Source: Anthoceros angustus
Lineage: Eukaryota > Plantae > Anthocerotophyta
Reading direction: 5' to 3'
DNA: 64,000 bases
NCBI GenBank assembly: GCA_010909165.1
Contig: MU008155.1
Location: 1,798,001-1,862,000, forward strand
Shown here: piece by piece, positions 37,145 through 50,909 of the stretch
Layout of the letters: every line of letters begins with the position of its first letter
Numbering within the stretch: the first letter of the stretch is position 1
The notes under the pieces: generated by a model
What the model was told of the DNA's origin: nothing
The model's database searches: none
Seen by the model: the letters and a program-made list of their open reading frames with translations, nothing else
Position numbers and translations under genes: made by a program

Positions 37145-39248
37145 TCTTCACCGCCGCCCCACCTCTGCTACACTTCCCCTAGGGCAGCAGGACAGCACAG
37201 GCCAGGCCAGCCATTGTTGCCACTGCCTCCTTCTTGGCACCCGGAACCGGCCTGAGAGCTTATCAATCGCACGGGACGGGCGGCGTGGTTGCCAACCGTA
37301 GCTGCCAGCCATGGCGGACTATTGCGTCGGGAGGAAGCTCCAGCCTTTACACAGCTTACAATTCTACACCGCTCAACCTCTTGTCACCATGGCTTGATGC
37401 TTCTATGGGTGGGAGGCTATTCGGCAGCTGGGTGGAATGAGATTTTTTGGGAGCTACCACCACAAACACTACTTACTCTTGGTTCAACGCGATGCTCGAT
37501 GTGCCAGCAACCGTTTGTTGAGAAGCTTCCACCGTTCTGGACACCGGCTTTCATGATTCTATATAGCTAGCTGGACACGCCGGCGAGAGCGAGGGCGAGG
37601 CGGACACACACCTCTCAGGCACCAGCCGCAGTCATTCTTGAAGACCAAATATGTGCGACACAACAAGGAGAACAGCATGCCCCTCGACTGTCACTCCGCA
37701 AGGCAAGCTCCAGGACCTCCTTAGTTTTGTAACATTCTAGATTTTGCTTGTCTGCCTGCAAGCTCAAGAGATATCCTAAGTCGTAAAGTCATCCAGCACT
37801 ACCTAGACTAGTCAGCAGCCCCGCACAGCAGCTCAGCTCAGCTCAGCCCAGTTCCTCAGGATTACATTCGTTCCATGACCTGTCATCTGCACTGATCTAT
37901 GTGTATCCTCGTTAGGGTCTTCAGGTGAATACCTCCGTAGCTCACACCCTGACATTAGGAGGCAGCGCTTAGCCAGCTGACCCAGCCAGAAGCGGCCAAA
38001 TTTTTGCAGGCAACACTGACACTGCTGCTCTTGTTCTCGTTTCGTCCTTCACTTGCTCCCGCTAGACACAGCCCTCCTCAGCTTGTGGTATGGTAGCAAG
38101 CTCGGAACTCGCTTGTAGCTTGAGGATGATTTGGATTCTCTTCCCAACCCCCATCCACTGCTTGGTTGGTTGGGCAGGGGGGGACATCCATCAGATAAAA
38201 AGAAAAGTAAAGCTGCTGCTGCTGGCTCTCGGTCAGGTACAGACCATTTTTGTTGTTATCTGTGACACCATTCTTTTCCTGGAGAGCCTCCAGGATTACA
38301 AATTCATGTTTCACAAGTTTCATGTGCAGCAGCAGCAGTCTGAGTTGTCATTGTTGCATCGTTCTCACAGCTTGTTATCACCAGGTCGGTGTCACCCCGA
38401 GTGTGAGTGTAACAGTGTTGCTTGACAGTACCAGACGAGACCCGTTCTTGTTGGCTCATGAGCATGTTTGGCAGACAACAACAGGGTCCTGCCTGCCTCG
38501 GTGACATGCAGGCCAGTGACAATAGTAGTACCCACCCAGTGCCCACCACCACCCTGTGTAACTTGTTGCTAGATCCAGCCATCTCGTCTGCAATGGAAGA
38601 TATGAGGCTGGCGTCTTCCATCGGAAAGCATGACAGTATCCATGTTCCTCACGTCTGTCAGCACACCTGAATATTCTGCAGCAAATGGGTGTGCAGTAGA
38701 GTGGGTTGCTACTAGTGCCATTGACCTCAAATCTGTGTGTTTCCCTGTGCGTCCCAGTTTTGAAGGAATATGCTCCTGAAACGCAATCCATGCAACCCCA
38801 CTTAATGTGCGTCACAGTGACTACAGCACATCGGGAGTCGGGTCTCATGAGATCACTTCCCCGTATGCTGTGCTTTCATGCATGCAGATTACCGCACCTT
38901 GGTGTTTCCGTCACTGTTTGATACTTTGATGTAACCCCAGGCTCTCAGGGGCATCTCGAGGACAAGATACAATGTACATAACACAATTCAGTTGGCCGCA
39001 TCATTGGCACATTTTTACTCCAGTTGAAACCCACCCAGGAAGAAAGAAAAAACTGTCCAGGGATATCGAGTACTGACTACTCATGCCCAGCAGCAAGTCT
39101 TCCTGTAAAGTTCGAGGATAATCATCGACCGAGGACAGGCATGAATTCCCATGCAATGAATCGAGTCAACTGCCACGGAAACAAGTTCGGTGGTTATGAC
39201 TTGGCTCCACCAAAAATTACCCGACTCACTCCCCGCCCCTTCGATTTC

Positions 39249-41825
39249 CTAGCCCACGGCCGTTGGAGCATCAACTGAAACTGGTCTACCGTTGGAATCT
39301 GTACAGCATTCCGACCTCAGATCTGACCGTAGCTGCATCAGCAGACGACCCAGATTATTCGCTCCCTTTCCATCTCTCCCTGTTCCCCAGAAGACGTCGT
39401 GGGGTGACGACTCCGCCAACACAGCCTCACCGGTTGCCAGAAGCAGCGACCGAAGAGCCGGGTACGATGAGAACTTGGACTCCAGAGCTTTGCGCATCAC
39501 CACCACTTTCTGTTCACCCCAGTCCGGACGCACCTGCAGAGACGAAAGGATCCTTTTCCCATGAGCACACGCAACTATTAAAGCCTAAAACAGATTGTCA
39601 GGACAGAAAACATGCATACCACATCGGGCTTTTGTCTGGCCAATGTGCGGCCTATGCGAGAAGCCTCCTCAGGGCTTTCCACTCCCTGTATCCGTGCGAT
39701 AGCATCGGATGCATAAGGGCTGTCAACTCCTGCGAACTTTTGTGCCTGTAAGAGGAAGAAGGTTGGCTAGTGAGTGTGAGGAAACTACTTTCACTAGGCC
39801 AGGAAAAAGTGGATGGACGCAACGACGAGGAGCGTGCAGAAGATACCTGATAGTAGTGTTCCACTGTTGCCCACGGCTCTGCATTGCTTTCGGCATTCAA
39901 CATAGTGATGGGATAAGGGGCGTAGTTGGAAAGAGCACCGTAGGGGTCCCAGGCCTTGTAGAAGTAGATGACTGTAGGTAATGCATCCGCCACCTTTGCT
40001 CCAGAAATCGCTTGCACAAAACCAGGAACGCTTGGATCCATGGGAGGGAGGGGTTGTAAGTACCCAGTGATGAGCATGTCAGGTCCAACCTGCGAAAAAG
40101 ACGCTAGCTCCTTGAGCTCTAGCATTCAAAACATGCAGCATTTGCGTACTTGGAAGGCAAGCACAACTTTCAGTACCGTACCTGTTCGTATGAAACATCA
40201 GAAAGGTTAAGAGCTTGAGTCATTTCCACCATTCCCAAGTCGCCTACAGGAGCTGGAGCAGTCACACCGCCGATGATCTTTGGGGCCACAAAGGCAATGA
40301 CCTGTTTCCAGGAGAAACAGCTTGTCATGATTACGGAATGATGGGAGGGCGGCAAAAGCAGAAACCATAGCATGCAGTAACATAGCATCTGAACAAGCAC
40401 TTGCCTTGTGGATCACACCACTGCCAATGGCGGGAGCAGATAACGTCCCACCACATTCCCATAGGACAGATAGAAATCCACGCTGATGGCAGTAGTCCAT
40501 CACATCTCTTGGGGTCAGGAAATCAAACTCCACGACCTCCACCCCTCGAGAAACTAGCTTTGCCTGAAAATCTCGCCGGGCACCACGTTGAGTCATTACA
40601 ATGGTTGGTGTCGTTGACACGTCCCACAAGTTCAGATCCTCAGGTAGGTGCAGGGTCCGTGACATGACGATGCGTGCTGGCAAGTGACCACCATCTTGGC
40701 GAGTTGTCAAGCGAGGATCTACACGTCCACGTTGAGATATGAGATACCTCTCTGCTGTCTAAACCAACAGATTACAAAACTCAGTAGCCTGTGAGCAAGG
40801 GATCTTACTATCTCGCCTGACAGTGTTCCCTCCGACGATGATTGCATCGCTTCTTCCTCTGGTTGCGAAAACGCGTTGTCGAGACTGCTTAGAAGAAACC
40901 CAAGATGCATGACCTGTGCTAGCTGCAATTTTTCCTGCACCCCCATACAAGAGAAACAGCACGTACACGTTATCCCGCATAGAAACGAAGAATCAGGCTT
41001 TAACGGAACTGAACCTGCTCAGGATGCTCACCATCAAGGGTCATGGCATACTTCAAGACTGAAAAGGGAATGCCATACGTGGCCCTGTAGAGAATTGGCG
41101 CATTCACAAGCTGACAAGCCCTTAATGCCTTCTGGACGAGAGAAAGCCCATGGATGAGAGAACAGGGCATCATCGTCTGTGTTCACAGTACCAAGCGAAG
41201 ACAGAACAGTTGAACACACCTCAGTACTGGAGTCCGCCTGCAGATCTTCGCCAAGCACATCAACTAGGGTGCTCGAACTTCTCAAAGCTTTAATTGCTGA
41301 CCCTCGGAGATGTGCAAAGGGATGCCGCAGACCCACCACTACCCTCGATACTCCGGCCTGCAATCATTCATGTGAGGTTCCCCTCCAACGCGCTTGAAAC
41401 ACAATCAAACTGCACAGATATGATAAGACATTACAAACAGCGGAATAAACAATCTCAAAGTCGCAAGCTCCAGTCAAAGTTTTGGAAGTTCAGGTACTGA
41501 CCTGCTTCAGAGCAGAAACCGCAACATCATCGCCGTGGCAGTCACTTGGCTCCAAATTCACATAAGCGGTGGCACCTCTGGCCAGCTCCCCTGCTCTCTC
41601 CACAGCCTGGAGCTCAGCGCAACGAGATCCTTGAGCGTACAAGAATCCTTCCCCGACAACCTGAGACCCACGGGCAATGACGCATCCAGCATTTGGATGA
41701 GGGGCGGTGAGCCCTGCAGATTTATCTGCCAGCTCCACTGCTCTCAGGATATGTCGCGAATCCACATCACTGCTCCGTATCAGAGGTGAAGTGCTGGCTC
41801 TCACCGCCAGCGTATGCAACTGCAT
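39249..41825 (-). CDS. PYRR: Riboflavin biosynthesis pyrimidine reductase PyrR/RIBR (inactive deaminase + reductase + C-terminal COG3236/NADAR N-glycosidase), multi-exon; start uncertain
   Basis: Deaminase-like domain lacking Zn ligands (CAE for HAE; NLEPSDCHG); reductase motifs (SDAIIVGGNTVRRD, GFLSVLWECGGTLS, FVAPKIIGG); NADAR motifs (FYKAWDPYGALSNY, TVEHYYQ, RPDW...K..VM..AL..KF, SPHDVFWG, NNLGRLLM). Confidence 0.92.
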
Positions 41826-42524
41826 TGCTGATGACTCCGAGGATCACCCAGGTCGCATGGTCAGGACGAAAACCCCTTTTCGCCGTCACATTCTAGTGCC
41901 GCAGATGGAATGCACACTGCGATGCGCCAATGTGCAAGCAAAATTCTGCACATGAATTATGTAGATCTCCGGCGCCTCAAGAACCGAATTGGCAGCTTGC
42001 AGCCGCCACAAGGCCTCCGGACGCCTAAAGGGGGCAAGTCTCTACAGTAAGAAAATTCAGAGGACGCAATTTCAGAATAGATAAAGCAGTTTTACATGGA
42101 GTCCACAATACAGGAAACATCCGCAGAAACATCGTTTAGGTCGAAGGAAGCACCCGAGGAAGCTTGCAAGGCTTCACAGATTCTCACTCAAGCCGCTCAT
42201 GGTCCCAACTGTAAAGCGACCATAACAAACTCACTGCCAGCGAGCCTAACGCTATACTACAGTTTCTAGTCGTGTTGGAACTGATCCCTCACAGTCCAAC
42301 TCCTGATTCCTAGGCCCTCATCCATCAGTTGCTAAGCTTCAGCCATCCGGGGTCTTGCCAAAATTGTTCTCTCCCGCAGTGGATACGACTACCAAAACTG
42401 AATTGCTTCATGTACAGAGATGTCGGCAGCACCAGACAAATTTATCCAGTGCACAAGGACTCGTGTATAATACAGACATCGGACCTTCTTCGAAATCCGA
42501 AGTATTTCGTGCACTGGTCTCGTG

Positions 42525-45500
42525 CTACCTGACTTGCTTTGTGAAGCTTGAATCCATCCTCTGGAGGACTGTTTCCCGAACAAGCTGCACAAGGTCTGCC
42601 ATCTGGTAGGCAAAAAAATTGAAAGACGAATCAGCATTTCATAGGATCGAATAGGCCAGCGAGATCCAGTGTTACAAAGGGGATGTGAGCTTACTCCAGG
42701 ATAGTGCTTTAGAACAGGTGAGTAGTGTTCCAAAACAGAATCCACTCTTTCCACCAGAGTCAAAAGGGAATCGACTTCGTCCCCCAACAGATCCACCTGA
42801 CAGTAATAGACATCGGTGAGACACAGCCAAAAGCGCCCTAGCCAACCTGGCTCAAACAAGATAGGCCACACCAATTGGTTAAAATGAAACCCTGGAACCA
42901 CACCTCTTCTTCCGCTGTCTGGAGATTATGTTCCTGCTTCAGAATCTTCCTTTTGTACTCTTCTTCTTTGGATAACAAAGAGGCAAGTTCTCCTTGCACC
43001 AGTTTCACTTCCTTGTGTGCACCCTCCAGCCTGAAGTACAATCCGCCAAAGCATGATGCACAACCAGGCATTGAACTGTTCTCAATTACTAGAAACTATG
43101 CAGGCCAGCTGCTATAACACCGCTTATTTGGACACTTACAATATGGCCTCAAGTCAATCGATGAAAAAACATGTTCAAAAACTTCGTACACATACAACCA
43201 ACATGCGACACACTTCCATGAGCACTTTTATACCTGAAGTTCTGCTGCTGGATCTTCCCAGCAACAACGGACTCCAGCATTTGATATCCTTGGTCCAGCT
43301 TTTGAAGCTGTGCAGTGAGGTGATACTCAGCCTCTCTACTTTCTGCAACTGATCTGCCATTCAGAAGAGCAATTTCATATCTACAAGCCTGCACATCTGA
43401 TAATAACTTCTCCCTGTTTGCTTTTTCTTCCTGAAGCTCCCCGGTGACTCTGCAAAGTGCTCCATCCAGTTCATCCACAGCAGCTTGAACTCTCTCTAGG
43501 TCAGCTTCCAATCCAGCCTTTTGGCTCTGCTCAATATGCAACCTTTCGATTGCTACCTGCAAAGCACTCTCCTTCCCTTCCAAATCTGCCTGCACACGTT
43601 CCAATTCATCGTGATGCCACATGCTGCCGTCACTGATTTCTTTTGCCAGTCTGGCTACTTCTTCTGTGAGTTCTCCAACCCTTGCCTGAGAAGTTTCTTC
43701 ACTCATCTTTGCCACAGTCAACTCTGCAGCAAGAGCGTGAATCTTCACTTCCTTGGCTGCAATTGCTCCTTGTAAATCAGCTTTAGCACCCTGATACTCC
43801 TCTGTCAGCTCCAAGTAATTCAAATCCTTGCGATCCTTTTCTTTCTCCAACAATTCCAACAGCCTGGATCTCTCCCTGTCCCAATCATCCTTTAACCTAG
43901 CCAGAACCTTATCGTGTTCACAGTTGGCTTGCTCACGCACGGAAGCTTCCACCCTTCTGAGCTCATTCCTCATGGCTTCCACCTCTCTTTCTTTCTTGGC
44001 TATGATCTCGCCTCGCTCTTTCTCCTTCTCTTTCAAAAGTTCCCGTTTCAAAGTATACAGCTGTTCTGTCTTCTCTGCAATTAGCATATCCTTTTCTCTG
44101 CTCCACTCATACATCTTTGCTTTCAGATCATCCACAAGTGCCTTATTGAGCACTTTCAACCTGGCTTCATCCTCTAAATCAGTCATGCAGGTCTCTTCCC
44201 TTCCCAATTTGAGACGCTCATCGCCTTCAAGCAATCCAGTATCAACATTCTGATCAAACACCTGATGACACAGGGCAGGGCTCTTCTGCATCTCTTCTGA
44301 GCTACCTGCCACTGCTGCAGGTGTAAGCTCTTTAGGAGACTCCTCTGCCATCGCAGCAGCTGATACCTCAACTTCCTCTTGGGCATCGAGCACCTGCTGC
44401 TTCATGAACTTGTTCCCACCCTCCATCCTGCTGGCCCTGGAATTCCGAGGGGCCGAGGCTGAGGATTGGACTTCGAGGGACGCAGCATCTCTTGGTAGCA
44501 AAGAGACCGGTTTCAAAGTCGATTCATCCAGCAGCTGAGCCAGTTCATAGAATTTGTCTTCATACATCACAGTACTTATCTCTTGTTCAATTCTGTGCTT
44601 CCACTGAAGGTCCCACCTCTCGTCTTTGAGTGTCTGAACTTCATCTTTGTAAGAAGCAACATCCGGAAACCCCAGTTCAAGACTCGGCCTTGCTTCCAGT
44701 TGACTACTTAGGAGGGATATCCTTTCTTCCCTCAAAGAAACTTGATCACCATACCAGGAAAAGCCTTCTTCCATATTCTTCCTCCATGCATCAACAACAT
44801 GAAGAACTAAGGAGGTCTCCAACTCGTACTTCCATTCAGATTCTCTTGCCTCCAAGTACATAGTCTTCAATTCATCCTTCAGCTTGAGAACTTCTGCAAT
44901 TTTGTCATGCAAGCTTTCTTCCAGCTTCAGCCTAATGTTGGACATCTTCTGCTGCAGAGTAATGAATTCCCCCTTTGACCTCTCTGCCCTGCAAGTTGCC
45001 TCACCTAAAGCTATCTTGCACCGGGAAATTTCTTCAGTGCAACTTTCTATTTCAGAACATAATTGATCCGAGAACTCAGAAAGCTTTGCATTGGCTGTTT
45101 GCACATCTTCAATATCAATAGCCTGACTGGACAAGGCAGTTCTTGTGTGCTCCAGCTCAGAAAGGCAGGAAGAGAGGTGCTCAGCAGTAAAGACATGGTT
45201 CTCCACTATCTGATCAGCCTGCCGCAAGATATTTTCAGCTGAGCTCCCAAAGACTGCACTCATGATGTCCAGTTCCATTTCCAGTCTCCACACATGAGAC
45301 AGCATCTGTTCTTTAATCGTCTCAAGGTGCCTTGCATGCTGAAATGCATTCTGGTGGACACCATTCATGTTTCCAACGAAGGTGCGAAAATCAGTTTCTA
45401 GCTTTTCCAGTTCTGCAGATTTCTCCTGTGAGGTCCTCATTTGTTCCTCCATCTGATCTGCGCTCAACAACCTTTCCTCCTCGAACTTTGCCACCTGCTG

Positions 45501-48500
45501 TTGCAAGGCATCAATGTCAAACCTTGATGCTACCAATGCCATGCTTTTCTCTTCAACCAGCTCTTCATATGTGGCACTGTCCTTGCTCCAGCGGGCTTTG
45601 TCATCTTTCCACGCTGTCAGTTGGCTACCCAGGTCTCCTTTCAAAGCATCATTCTCCAACTTGAGGTTTCTCACATCTGCTTCTAGTGCCTCTCTCATGT
45701 GTCTCAGTGATGTAAGTTCCCTTCTGTTGTCCTCAAGAAATGATGACTGATTTGACTTATCATCTGCCCAACACCTGCGAACCTCATCAAGCTCCCCTGC
45801 TTGCCTATCCAGCTGATGTTTCAGCGATGCTGCATGCAACTTGATATCTAGAAGCTCTTTGGCCATGTTGCAGTTCACATCCTGCAATCGCTCCAGCTCT
45901 TGCACATTAAGAGCATTCTCTTGTAACTGAAAGGTCAGCTTGTCACCCCAGGCACTATCCTCCAATTCTCGTTCTTTGCTCTGGTGGTCAAGTTGTTCTC
46001 TTAAAGAACCCACCTCCAGCCTCAACTCATGAAGCTGCTGCTCCATGATGGATTTTGCTTGCTTCTCTGAAAGAAGTTCTGCAGTGGTTGCCTCAAGAAC
46101 TTTAGACTGCTCCAAGTATTTTTGGTCCAGATCCCTTACCTGATTTTCCAGACTATCCTTCTGTGAAGCAACTTCGTGTTCCAAGGTGTGCAACTTGCCT
46201 TGAAGGCCACCCTTCAACACTTGCAGGTTATCCAGCTCTTGCAAGGTATCTTCCAACAGTTGAGATTGAACGGACAGCTTCCCTGCCCAGTTGTTATTAT
46301 CCTCCTCTGCTTTGGTGCTAATAATTTGAATTGCTGCAAGCACATCAGCCATTTTCCCTCTCCACAGTTCAAGGATAATGGACTGCTCTTCAGATCCAGT
46401 CCACACTTGCTCCTCCAGCAAAATCACATACTGCTCTCTTTGTCCGAGCTGTTTAAGCAACTCTTCCAGCTTTGCTGTCAGTTCATGCTTCTCGAGCATC
46501 ACATGATCAAAACACCTCAGGCTTTCCTGTAAGCTGTTCTCTAAGGCCTCAACTCTCTTACTAGACACATTCAGCTCCTGTCTCAGGGTTCTCTCAAGAG
46601 CCTCCATTGAGCTGATCTTGTCCAGATGTTCTGTTCTCTGTTTGCTCAGATCCCTTACCTCCGCTTCCTTATCTTTCAGGAGGCGGTCCAATGTTTCCTT
46701 CACGCGTAACTCTCTCAACCTGGACTCCCGCTTTACTTCATCTAGAGCTTCCTCATTGTCACACTTCATCCTGTTTGTCTCCTCAATCAAATTGGCAATT
46801 TCCCGTATTTTTGCAGCCTGAGCATTGCGGAGGTCGTTCATCTGCTTCTCCAGCAAAGCGACCTTTTTGGTTTCGCCATCCAGTTGCAAGGACACATGTA
46901 CCAGGTTCCCAGCCAGCTCAGTCAGCTCCTTTTCCTTGGTGGTAACACAGCTCTCCTTTTCCCTAGCCATCTGCAGCACCACCTCTTTCTCTCGGAGCAA
47001 ATCTGAAACAAATGTAGATTGTTGGAACTGAAATTCGCGGATCAAAGTAGCCGTCTCTGCTTCCTTCTGATGCATTTTATCTAGCAGATCAGCTATCCTT
47101 TCATTTTTTCTTTCCGTTTCTGCTTTCATCTCTGCCAGTTCTGTGCTTGTATTGTTAAGAGCTTCAGCTGCTTCCTCCGTGAGGGCCCTCACCACTCCTC
47201 TTAATACAGCACCTCCCACTATGCTGCACACAGAAATTCTCTGCTCCATCTCTTCATATGCTTCTCCATAATCCTCAGCAACATCCTCTAATTGCCAGAT
47301 AATGTCCCCTGCACTATTCATCCTTTGTGGTTGCCGCCCCATTGTGTGAGGCCATACTCCAGACAACAAGGATTCAGATGCAGAATGTGCGGCACATGCA
47401 TCCATTTCCTTTACACGCTCTGCAATTTGAAGCACCTTTAAGTACCGATCACCATGGGCCAGCAAGTTTGATAACTCTTCTATTGCAATGTCTTGATCGT
47501 CCTTGTTTCTCTCATCAGAGAACTTCTCAGACAGTACAGACGCAATACGAATGGCATGATCGTCACCAAGCCAACCTGCTTAGAATACGAAAGCATACGT
47601 TCAGAGTAGGGACAATGGAAACTATGTACTGCATTAGACAGACCACGCTACGCCCTATACTAAGCCACCGCATTCAAGTTAACAGCCAGCTGCTTGGATA
47701 GGTCCTGTTCAACTAGACTCTCAGCAGAATTCTGCAAAGTCCGAAGGTGCAGAGTGAATGTTCGACCAAAAGCAACCTGACAAGGCAGCTTCATGGAATG
47801 ATAACACAGCTCAGCTATGCAAGCTCTTCAATTGAAACAAGGCAAGAATAAAAGGGCTGCATTTTATCTTGAAGGTCCGAAGACCAGACCAATCAAAACC
47901 CAAAGCTTTAGAAGTAATGCAGCTATCTGTTATTATCAGCCAACAGTTCATTGCAATGTATAGAATCACACCCCGAACCATGCAAAGGTTAGCACCTGAA
48001 GTATACTCAACTGTTGCCAGATCGGGCTCTGACAATGAACACCTGGGTGGCGGTCCAAACCTCACAGCATCTGCACTCACTGAAAGAGGATACCTCAGAT
48101 CTGCCCTCTCCTCTGCAGCATATGCCTCCACAGGATGACCCATCAACTCATCGAAGGACAAGTCAGATAAAGCCTGAGAAGGAGCCAGGGTGCGATCATG
48201 ACTGAGAGGACCAGCCCCATTCAGCGGACCTGGTTCCACTGGATCATCAGGACTAGCCTTGATGCCCTTAGCACGGGATTTTGATCGCCTACCCTTCTTA
48301 CCACCACCCACCATCCTTCCCAACTTCCCAGAGTTAATTGTTCTAGGCGGCAGTCTGCAGTAAGCTCGAATTCCAGGGCTGCTTAACGTCAATCCACTGT
48401 CCACAGTTGTAGACCCGTCAATGACATTATGGCCTTCTTGGGCTGAATCGGGCTGCTGGCTCTCCAGAACACCTAACAAAGAGCAACCTTCCGTAGATTC

Positions 48501-48560
48501 AGCTACTCCACTGCTTTCATTCTTTTCCTTGGACGACAAGAAGGCTACGTTGTGACCCCT
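42525..48560 (-). CDS. WPP-domain-associated protein (WAP)-like long coiled-coil protein; exons 48560-47996, 47575-43234, 43030-42904, 42796-42695, 42602-42525; true 5' end further upstream and not resolved
   Basis: 1438-aa heptad-rich ORF. The spliced C-terminus NLQTAEEE|[18 protein letters not shown]...[11 protein letters not shown] matches the WAP C-terminal signature as I recall it ([12 protein letters not shown]...HYSPILKHYPG). Splice phases are consistent. Confidence 0.78.
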
Positions 48561-50909
48561 CTGCGTGTAACAGAACGAAGTTTTCACTCATTTGAGTTCA
48601 AGAGAGGGAAAAAGGAAAAATGAAAAAGGATTAGGCCAGCCTGCTCCCTACACAAGCTACTAACAAAGACAAACAGCCACGTTCCTGACAGGTTGAACAG
48701 CGTCTCGTTCTTACTCTCAAGACCAAAGTAGAGGAAACAGGAGATGATGCAGAATTGGCCTCAAGGGCAGAGACAAGCATGAGGAGCCCTTTGGAAGCAT
48801 CAACCTTGAGCTGCCTGCCTGGCAGCCTGACGAGCTTAAATTTTGACCCTCGCTGATGGCCAGAATCGACGGCCTTAGCAGTAACTCCATGTACAGTACT
48901 AACCCTTTCAGACGTGGGGTTTTCGATCGTTTCCCTGATACCAGCCAAGCAAAGTCAGGCTTTGCTTGCCATCCAGCTCCATTCTAGCAGTCTGTCGCCA
49001 ACTACCGAACTCTGAGCCGCAGAGACCGATCCCTAATCATGCGCAAGAAGGAAAATCTCCTGCAGCTGTGCGGCACACTCCAGGAGAGATTTGTCATTAC
49101 ACGCTAGCAGTCAGGGAGCATACTCCTCACCTTTCAAACGGGGACTTGGGGTCCCTGGATTCCTTGGCTTGATGCTTGCGAATGCTATGCCAGATCGGCC
49201 TCATTGACAGCTAGGAACCACCTGCGAGCCGCGAGCCAACAAAGTGTGTTTCTTGAATGGACAATCGAGCTGGAGTGCAGAAAGCGCGGGAATTCAGCAA
49301 TTGCACCGCAACCTCTTACACACCCAACACCCACCCCTTGCAGGAGAACGTCCCGGGGCGGTTTGCGTACAATCTGCCATCCCTGGCATCATCAAACGCC
49401 ACCTGATGGGAACACACCCGGGAAAGAGATTCTCAAAACATGCCAAAACCGGAATCCCGATCACCGAGAGAGGAAAAGGCGCAAGTAAGTGCAGTTCACA
49501 CAGCAGCAGCAGCCCGGATAGCGGACAGTGCCGAGCCCCGGTGAGGGCGTTGCCGTACCAGCCGACGCTGCGGGCAGACCAATCGCACCAAATCCAATTC
49601 AGAACACCAACCCACGACCCACCAAGTCCAGTTCTCCAATAGCCCGGCCCACTGGCGGAGGTGGCGGCGGCGGCAGAAGGGTCATCGGTCAAGGGAAGAC
49701 GAATCTGCACAGGCCGTGCCTGCGGAACAGTGGCAGCTTGGAGAGAGAGGAAGGAGCTCGGGTGATGATCCTCCCTCCCCTACCCGAGGGAAGGGAAAGG
49801 AGTGGGCGGTGTGCTTTGTGGATTATGGTCCTTGGAGCGGCTGCTGCCAGGGCTGTCGCGGGAACCGAGACCAGAGTCTGCTCACCCGACCGAAGGTACG
49901 AACAGGAAGAAGGGAAAAGCGCGGGAAAGGAACGAGCGCACACGTCCTCCCTGGCGGGGCCCTTGCCATCCGTGCCCGCCGGTTGGTTCCATTGGCGACG
50001 GAACTCACCTCGCTGGGATCCTTCCTGCTTTAGCCTTTTGCTCTCCTCCAGCCAGCGATGTGATGGGGCGAAGACATGTCCCAGTGATGCTGTTCCGCCA
50101 TTCCCGTAACTCGATGATCACGCAGATTGCGGGTCAGGTGCAGCATCGACGGGGTGTGGAGGAGGATGTGTTCCGCGCGTCAGCAAAGCCATGACAGCCA
50201 CAAACTTTGTATGTTGTTTTGAAACCCTGGCGGCAGAGGAAGAGGCCTGTATGCACACTGTGAGCGCCCCGCCCAGAACTGGGGACCACAGCACTCTCAA
50301 GTCCACCCCTCATCGGCCAGGTGGTGCCATCGAGGTCGAAGCCCTGACGAGATGTGTGACCGCTTTTGGTGGTGGGCACTGCCAGCAGCGGGCTTGGGAT
50401 CTCGGGTTTCGTTAATCCATGCGGAGTGTGGATACCCGCCGCAGCAGTTGCTATATTGGCAGCGCTGTGCTGTATTATAAGAGTCTGCAGTGCCGGCGCA
50501 AGGGAAGGCAGTCTCCAGTGTGTGAGTTTGAGTTGCCTTCCCCAGCACGCAACTCCACGGAATTCTCTAGAGCTTGCCTGAAGTGAAAGTCAGGGATACG
50601 ATACAGGCGGAGACGAGGAGCTGAGCTTCCACGGCACCTTCCGGCGAGCGTCTGGAGCAGCTGCTGCAATCACATACTGTGTCAGGAGGCAACAAAGTGG
50701 TTGGTGCCACGTGAAGCTGCTTCGCTGGAACGGGCCGACTCCGACTGGTGAAAAAGGCCGCAGCGCAGACGCCGCAGAGAAGGCAAGGCGGAGGCGGAGG
50801 CGGAGCATGCCCGTCCCTCAAGCTTGCACGGTACCGTGAGGATCCTCCAATTTCGAGAGCGAGCTTGCTTCGATCGGGAGCGCGACTAGTCCAGGTCCAG
50901 GTTCAAGGC

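Noticed and set aside
7913-41825. Apparent vitamin/cofactor cluster (GME-ascorbate, CobW, PyrR-riboflavin)
   Set aside because: Unrelated pathways, separated by unrelated genes and about 17 kb; no sign of a biosynthetic gene cluster.
41490-41825. PyrR deaminase domain lacking Zn-binding residues read as a pseudogene or novel enzyme
   Set aside because: Established feature of plant PyrR/RIBR, whose deaminase domain is non-catalytic; the C-terminal COG3236 fusion is also known.
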